NCBI RefSeq assembly: GCF_000619845.1
Contig: NZ_JHUX01000003.1
Location: 790,064 to 822,063 of the forward strand
Origin: Alkanindiges illinoisensis DSM 15370
Lineage (GTDB): Bacteria; Pseudomonadota; Gammaproteobacteria; Pseudomonadales; Moraxellaceae
Length of the DNA: 32,000 bases
Direction: 5' to 3'
Shown here: positions 26,839 to 32,000 of the stretch, one piece after another
Position numbering within the stretch: position 1 is the stretch's first letter
How the letters are laid out: each line of letters starts with the position of its first letter
Position numbers and translations under genes: made by a program
Notes under the pieces: generated by a model
Database searches by the model: none
What the model saw: only the letters and a program-made list of their open reading frames with translations
Told to the model about the DNA's origin: nothing

Positions 26839-26859
26839 TTTATAAATTTCATTCGATTG

Positions 26860-27624
26860 CTAGGATGCTTTATTAATCGGTTTTGCATTGATATTTTGGG
26901 TTGAATGCTGAATTGACTTTGACGTTTTACTGGATTTATTCAGTTGCATGATGAGCAATTCTATCTGATCAGGTTTTTTAGCCTTTTTTTGATTGTGCTG
27001 CGTTGAAGGCAGATTTTTTTTGACTTCTTCTGAGGGTTTTGTAACTACTTTTTTTGCAGGTTTTGCAGGTTTTGCAGGTTTTGCAGGTTTTGCAGGTTTT
27101 GCAGGTTTTGCAGGTTTTGCAGGTTTTGCAGGTTTTGCAGGTTTTGCAGGTTCAGTTTCCAGTATTTTAAAAGGATTGGTCGTACCTTTTGCTTTAACAG
27201 GCCTTGAATCAGTTTCCGGTTTAACAGGTAGTTCTGGTTGCTGGGCAATAGGTGGTTTATTTGTGGATACAGGAGATAATTTGTCAGGCTGACTGGACAT
27301 TATACGAGTAGGCGTAACGACAGCGGCAACCTGCGATTCAGGTGAGTTCAAAGGTTTAGCGGCTGCATTAGAACCAGAAATGGCTATTGGGACAGTGTGT
27401 TTATCTGCCTTCGTTATAGTTGTCTCTTTATCAGCAGGTTGCAAAGTGATCCAGAACAGAAATAGCGCACTGAGCACACCAATGCAAAAACTCAAAGCAG
27501 CCACAAACCAGACGATTTTTCTGGAGACATAATCATTTTTATTCTTGTGCAGTATCTTTAAGGCGGTATGCGGCGTCAGGTCATCATACAGCGAGGGCAT
27601 CTGCGTTTTTTTAATGTCATTCAT
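26860..27624 (-). CDS. T6SS-cluster bitopic membrane protein with Pro/Lys-rich periplasmic region and an 11x PAK array
   Basis: 254 aa with one TM helix (IVWFVAALSFCIGVLSALFLFWITL). The rest is low-complexity and rich in Pro, Lys, Ala, Ser and Thr. It is tightly packed between tssL (stop 27664) and tagX (start 26838). Confidence 0.7.
   Translation of the reverse strand: MNDIKKTQMPSLYDDLTPHTALKILHKNKNDYVSRKIVWFVAALSFCIGVLSALFLFWITLQPADKETTITKADKHTVPIAISGSNAAAKPLNSPESQVAAVVTPTRIMSSQPDKLSPVSTNKPPIAQQPELPVKPETDSRPVKAKGTTNPFKILETEPAKPAKPAKPAKPAKPAKPAKPAKPAKPAKPAKKVVTKPSEEVKKNLPSTQHNQKKAKKPDQIELLIMQLNKSSKTSKSIQHSTQNINAKPINKAS
27052..27150. repeat. perfect 9-bp tandem repeat (TTTTGCAGG)x11, encoding (PAK)11 on the minus strand
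   Basis: Eleven identical units counted at 9-nt phase from 27052 to 27150, with no mismatches. Confidence 0.95.
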
Positions 27625-27663
27625 GCAGTTTACTCAATCGAAAGTATTTACAGCGTGGTTATA

Positions 27664-28470
27664 TCAAGGCAGGTAAATGGTAAGGTGGGCCTGTTGTTGT
27701 GGCGCTGCAATAACCTGGGAATAAGGTGTCATTGCTTTGATTCTTTGCTGCGATAGCAGATAGTGAATCCCTGAAAATGCAAGCACTGCCGATAATGTCA
27801 GTAGAATTAGAATCAAGCCCACCGGTATTTCACCGCGAAGTACATGGCGAATCTGGTCTGGAATTGCCCAAAATGGTGCAAATTCTTTTTTCTTACCTTT
27901 GAGATAATCGATTTCATCACTAAGGCGGGCAATTAGATAATTAATTTTTTCAGGAGCTTCGAGACGATACTTACCCTGAAAACCAAGTAGCAGACAATAA
28001 TGAAATACTTCCAGTGCAGCCAGCCGCTCTAAGCCTTGGGCTCGCAAGTTTTCTAATAAATTAAAAAACTTTTCTCCTGCCAGTTGTGAACCAAACAGGC
28101 TTAGCTGAAGCGGGGATACTTCCCATTTAGCCTTGATAGATTCCATTGCTGGAGTTTGCTGAACCATGATGGTTTCATCCACCAATGCACAAAATGCATA
28201 TTTGACGTCATAAATATTTTCAGCAGAAAAACTGGCGCGCCTGGCCTGGTTTTCAAAACTGGTCAAAAAATCATTTAACTGGTTTTGCAGTTGGCTGGCA
28301 CTTTGCGGGACATAGCCATTCCTTAATAAAAAAACCAGATAAAAACCTTCATATAAAAAGTCCAGTAAGGATTTTTGAACCGGTTTAAATTGCATGGATG
28401 CGCTCGTGCTACCAATACCGATATCTCCGTCGTCAAACAGGGAAGGTGCAAGGCTGCTGTCTTTACTCAT
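27664..28470 (-). CDS. tssL: type VI secretion membrane subunit TssL (DotU family)
   Basis: 268 aa. DotU-like core (FYLVFLLRNG, YAFCALVDETI, EVFHYCLLLGFQGKY) plus a single C-terminal TM helix (VGLILILLTLSAVLAFSGIHYL). No OmpA/PG-binding extension. Confidence 0.85.
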   Translation of the reverse strand: MSKDSSLAPSLFDDGDIGIGSTSASMQFKPVQKSLLDFLYEGFYLVFLLRNGYVPQSASQLQNQLNDFLTSFENQARRASFSAENIYDVKYAFCALVDETIMVQQTPAMESIKAKWEVSPLQLSLFGSQLAGEKFFNLLENLRAQGLERLAALEVFHYCLLLGFQGKYRLEAPEKINYLIARLSDEIDYLKGKKKEFAPFWAIPDQIRHVLRGEIPVGLILILLTLSAVLAFSGIHYLLSQQRIKAMTPYSQVIAAPQQQAHLTIYLP

Positions 28471-28499
28471 TGGTGTGATGGCTCTGGATACTGATTGGT

Positions 28500-29861
28500 T
28501 TAGGCGTCAATGATGGCAATGAGTTCTAGCGTCAAATCACTAAAACCACTAGGAATATAAATACAGATCGACTGCTGCTGTAGCATTTGCTCGTACAGCT
28601 CTCCATAAGGTTCCACCGCAAAGTACAGCGCCCCGGAGCGTACCGGAATGGCCGAAGGCACATTGCTTAAGTGATTTAAATTAATGGCGGGCAAGGCGGC
28701 GAGTACCCGTTTTTCCACATCGTCAGGTGTGCCAACCTTAATTCTGAGAGGAACAGAAGCCACCAGCTCATGGGCGGGTAAAGAGCAATTAATTGCCAGA
28801 TACAGTCTGGTATTGCGGGTAATTTTGTCGGAGTCCAGACTACCTTGCCAGTAAGAAGGTTTGCTTTCCCGCAAGGTAATATTGAGATAGCGTGTCGAAA
28901 TAATGGTATCCAGCATTTCACGGATCATACTGTCTAATGCCGTAAATCCGTGCAGCGGCGAGGCATGATTATAAACGGGTAAATTATCCAGTTGATGCAC
29001 CCGAGAGAATGTCAGCAATGAGCCAGCCAGCCGTAGCAATTCCTGATGTAAGCGTTCCGGATGAATTTGGGGGTGCTGTACAATGTGATTAAGCGCGGCA
29101 TAACCCGAGTTAAGACTATTTACCAGCCAGAAAGACACTAAGTCCCCAGAGCGAAATTCGACCAGTTGCTGATCAAGTTCACGGTTGTTACTCTGCAGTG
29201 ACTTGATCTTGGCTCGAATAACGCCCAGCAGACGCTTCACACTGTTTAGCAGCAGGTCTGAACTGTCAACGTGTAATACGGGTGGCATAAAATTTGGGTC
29301 AAATTCGTATTCACCGGTAGAGTTTTTACGGATTCGGGCCACTGGAAAATACAGCATGCCATCCAGTTCATGATCAGGCCGCACATGGCTATCCAGTACC
29401 CGAAAAAATGCCTGTCGTTGAAGAATGACCACTTCCGACTCAACGGCATCGGTAAAGATATCAGTGCTATTGACCTGTTTGCTACTGTAACGTACCGGCC
29501 TGATCTGGTTATGGGACTGAAGGTTACTGCTGCCATTGTGCAGCACTGGAAAAGCAATATAAACAATTGCTTGATCAGAAATTCTGCTGCTATCCAGTTG
29601 CAGGCTTTCCGGCAGTAAATCACGCTCTGGGGCTTTGTAAACATCACCATCAGACCAGAGAATATCGATATGGTTTAATGTGAGAATATTGTTTTGCAAT
29701 TGAATCGCATCAAATTCAATTTTGCGGATACCATAGGGAAAAGCTGATAAGGCATGGATGGTATTATTAAGCCGTTGCTCATGATACAAATCCTGAATCT
29801 GAAAATGCTGCGGCCGCAAGAATAATCCTTCACCCCATAATATTTTATTTGCCTGAACCAT
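28500..29861 (-). CDS. tssK: type VI secretion baseplate subunit TssK
   Basis: 453 aa. The N-terminal ILWGEGLFLRPQHFQIQD matches the highly conserved TssK start. Confidence 0.9.
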   Translation of the reverse strand: MVQANKILWGEGLFLRPQHFQIQDLYHEQRLNNTIHALSAFPYGIRKIEFDAIQLQNNILTLNHIDILWSDGDVYKAPERDLLPESLQLDSSRISDQAIVYIAFPVLHNGSSNLQSHNQIRPVRYSSKQVNSTDIFTDAVESEVVILQRQAFFRVLDSHVRPDHELDGMLYFPVARIRKNSTGEYEFDPNFMPPVLHVDSSDLLLNSVKRLLGVIRAKIKSLQSNNRELDQQLVEFRSGDLVSFWLVNSLNSGYAALNHIVQHPQIHPERLHQELLRLAGSLLTFSRVHQLDNLPVYNHASPLHGFTALDSMIREMLDTIISTRYLNITLRESKPSYWQGSLDSDKITRNTRLYLAINCSLPAHELVASVPLRIKVGTPDDVEKRVLAALPAINLNHLSNVPSAIPVRSGALYFAVEPYGELYEQMLQQQSICIYIPSGFSDLTLELIAIIDA

Positions 29862-29906
29862 AAAAACCCTGATGTATATGTTGAAACTTATTTGTGAAAT
29901 AAACAG

Positions 29907-31004
29907 TTAGCTGTCATAGCTGGATAACGGAACCCCCAGCATTTCATGCAGGTTTTCCAGAGGGTCATTATGTTTCACCACACTGGCCAGCCATTCATGC
30001 AGTGGCATATTGGCCCATTTAATGGTTTTTTTAAGCATGTAACTGACAGGGCTGTGAGGCTCATGGCTGGAAAAATAATCACTAATTTGTTCCAGTATCT
30101 GCATAGCCTGTTGACGGTTTTGAATATGGCTGTGGCTATCTGGAAAAAAGCCAGTTTGCTGATCATCATATGAACGGGTAACTTTCTGCAAATGATTGAT
30201 TTCAGCTGCTGGCGTCTGCTCATTGACCACTATGATAGCCTGCCCACCGTGTTCTTTAAGGTTTCTCTCCAAATGATCAGCAATGCGCTCCAGCACTTGA
30301 TCAGCAGAAGAAAAAGCTGGTGCATCAATCCCCAGCAATTGATCCAGTAATGTTTTAAAGGTTTTCCAGTGGACAATGGCCTGTTGTAATTGCTTGAAGT
30401 TTTCTTGCAATAGCGGAACAGGAGTATGAATTAGCGCTTCCTGATATTGCGCTACAGTCACCTTATGCTCCGGTAAACCATCCTCATAAAGATCTGGATT
30501 TTTATCGAGCTGGGTTTTTAAAATCTGGGCTGCTTCGAAATCATTAAAATTCAGTGCTGGCTGGCTGGTAATAGCGATTGTCTTTGGAATTTTCTGCATG
30601 AGCTGGACAAACCATTGCAGCAGACTGATGCGCTGATCGAGGTCATTATCTTCAATACTGGGATATAAGGTTGGCCAGTAACGGGAAATTAAGCCATTAA
30701 TAATTTCCAGCCCCCAGGACATTCCTGCAAAACCATTGGTTTTAATGAGTGCTTCGCAGAGCCAGAAGGCCAGTCGCAAATCTTTTGAATGATGTTGTAA
30801 TAAGTCCCTGCATTGTTTTTCAACATAAGGCCAGTCAGCAATTTTGCGTTCAGTTACCCAGTCACCTTGGGCCAGCAAAGGGTCATCCTCAAGCCGGGCC
30901 TGCTGGATAGCATCAAAAATGCTTGAAAATGTTAAATCCTCGCCACATGGTAATTCACTGGAAACAGGGTGTAATAACGTTTCAATAGAATGCATATCAG
31001 TCAT
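29907..31004 (-). CDS. tssA: type VI secretion protein TssA (ImpA N-terminal domain)
   Basis: 365 aa. ImpA_N pattern: LLHPVSSELPCGEDLTFSSIFDAIQQAR...DW...C..LL...SKDLRLAFWL. Confidence 0.85.
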   Translation of the reverse strand: MTDMHSIETLLHPVSSELPCGEDLTFSSIFDAIQQARLEDDPLLAQGDWVTERKIADWPYVEKQCRDLLQHHSKDLRLAFWLCEALIKTNGFAGMSWGLEIINGLISRYWPTLYPSIEDNDLDQRISLLQWFVQLMQKIPKTIAITSQPALNFNDFEAAQILKTQLDKNPDLYEDGLPEHKVTVAQYQEALIHTPVPLLQENFKQLQQAIVHWKTFKTLLDQLLGIDAPAFSSADQVLERIADHLERNLKEHGGQAIIVVNEQTPAAEINHLQKVTRSYDDQQTGFFPDSHSHIQNRQQAMQILEQISDYFSSHEPHSPVSYMLKKTIKWANMPLHEWLASVVKHNDPLENLHEMLGVPLSSYDS

Positions 31005-31019
31005 TATTATTCCGGGTTC

Positions 31020-32000
31020 CTATGCCATTTTTTCAGTCGCGGGTATTTGAGCGGTTGATGTCTGAGCAACTGATTTTTGAGTAACTTGACGCTTGGGCTG
31101 CTTAGACACTGATTTTTTACTGGCTTTATTATTAGTGTCTGGAAAACTGACCTGATAAACCAGCTGATCATTGACATCAATATCAACAAAAATATGTTCA
31201 GGCGCTGTTCCATCTACCATCGCTGTTAAAAGATGAGTGGCCAGATCCGGTAATACTGACGCATTTAAAATATGGTCAATATTACGCGCGCCACTATCAA
31301 CTTCAGTACAGCGTGATAACACCATTTCTACTAAAGCACTGCTAAACCCAAGGCTGGTTTTATGCTGTATGCGCATGCGTGCCACAATTTTGCCAAGCTT
31401 GTGTTCAATAATTTGTACCAGCAAATCGTCATGCAGGGGAAAGTAAGGTGTAATACGCATTCGCCCTAAAAATGCTGGCTTAAAATTCTTATAGAGGGAA
31501 GGCAGTAGTGCTTCAACCAGTTGTTGTTCACTTGGCCAGTCTTTAGCAGGCTGGTTAATACATTGCTGCATGATGACAGAAGAACCAATATTTGAAGTCA
31601 ATAAAATCAGGCAGTTTTTAAAATCTATCAGGCGGCCTTCACCATCTTCAAGTGTTCCCTTATCAAACACCTGATAAAACAGTTCCTGCACATCCTGATG
31701 TGCCTTTTCAATTTCATCCAGTAAAATGACACTATAAGGATTACGCCTAACAGCTTCAGTTAAAATACCTCCCTGGCCATAACCAACATATCCAGGTGGT
31801 GCACCTTTTAGTGTCGATACGGTATGAGCCTCCTGATACTCAGACATATTAATGCAGATCAGGTGACTTTCGCCGCCATATAATTCTTCAGCCAATGCCA
31901 GCGCAGTTTCAGTTTTGCCCACGCCACTAGGGCCAACCAGCAAGAATACCCCTTGCGGCTTGTTTGGGTCTTCTAGCCTGGCACGTGCTGTTTTAATGCC
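31020..32000 (-). CDS. tssH: type VI secretion AAA+ ATPase ClpV/TssH, C-terminal part (5' end beyond the window)
   Basis: D2 Walker A GPSGVGKTE, Walker B VILLDEIEKAH, and a ClpB-like small domain. The track's M at 31943 is an internal TTG. My reverse translation of 31944-32000 (GIKTARARLEDPNKPQGVF) stays open to the window edge. Confidence 0.9.
   Translation of the reverse strand, partial: GIKTARARLEDPNKPQGVFLLVGPSGVGKTETALALAEELYGGESHLICINMSEYQEAHTVSTLKGAPPGYVGYGQGGILTEAVRRNPYSVILLDEIEKAHQDVQELFYQVFDKGTLEDGEGRLIDFKNCLILLTSNIGSSVIMQQCINQPAKDWPSEQQLVEALLPSLYKNFKPAFLGRMRITPYFPLHDDLLVQIIEHKLGKIVARMRIQHKTSLGFSSALVEMVLSRCTEVDSGARNIDHILNASVLPDLATHLLTAMVDGTAPEHIFVDIDVNDQLVYQVSFPDTNNKASKKSVSKQPKRQVTQKSVAQTSTAQIPATEKMA

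Noticed and set aside
27052-27150. Possible CRISPR-like array
   Set aside because: The units are 9 bp, directly abutting with no spacers, and lie inside a coding sequence.
26993-27292. Track ORFs 26993-27292 (+, (AGF)n) and 27045-27248 (-, (LQN)n) across the 9-bp repeat
   Set aside because: They are alternative-frame readings of the same tandem repeat. Only the PAK frame is part of a long ORF with a TM helix and operon-consistent spacing.

Overview
This is a chromosomal segment that reads like a Moraxellaceae/Acinetobacter-type genome. That placement is inferred from gene content and T6SS architecture; no search was run.

Gene order, left to right:
- A 3'-truncated SRAP/YedK peptidase gene (-).
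- A CAU-anticodon tRNA, probably tRNA-Ile2.
- An OsmC-YcaO fusion gene.
- A small zinc-ribbon membrane protein.
- A contiguous tusD-tusC-tusB-tusE sulfur-relay operon (-).
- A GalE-like epimerase, then fumC.
- A Fur-box-preceded DUF3649/PepSY/DUF3325 iron operon.
- A TetR regulator divergent from an SDR oxidoreductase.
- coq7 and an MFS transporter (-).
- tamA-tamB.
- A visibly AT-rich ~3.2-kb islet: a second zinc-ribbon microprotein, an orphan 110-aa ORF, a TetR, and a heme-oxygenase-like di-iron enzyme.
- The promoter-distal half of an Acinetobacter-style type VI secretion cluster on the minus strand: clpV(partial)-tssA-tssK-tssL-PAK-repeat membrane protein-tagX-PAAR.

I saw no CRISPR array, IS/transposase, integrase, prophage or recognisable defence-system genes.

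Nothing here is a clear multi-gene novel system. The best candidates for something undescribed are:
1. The AT-rich islet, whose two transcription units are each preceded by the same 14-bp palindromic box, a putative TetR operator pair.
2. The T6SS-embedded bitopic protein carrying 11 perfect Pro-Ala-Lys repeats, encoded by a perfect 9-bp tandem repeat.
3. The OsmC-YcaO fusion together with the two paralogous zinc-ribbon/TM microproteins.
4. A GalE-like protein that lacks the catalytic Lys of YxxxK.

All family calls come from by-eye motif recognition and need HMM/BLAST confirmation.
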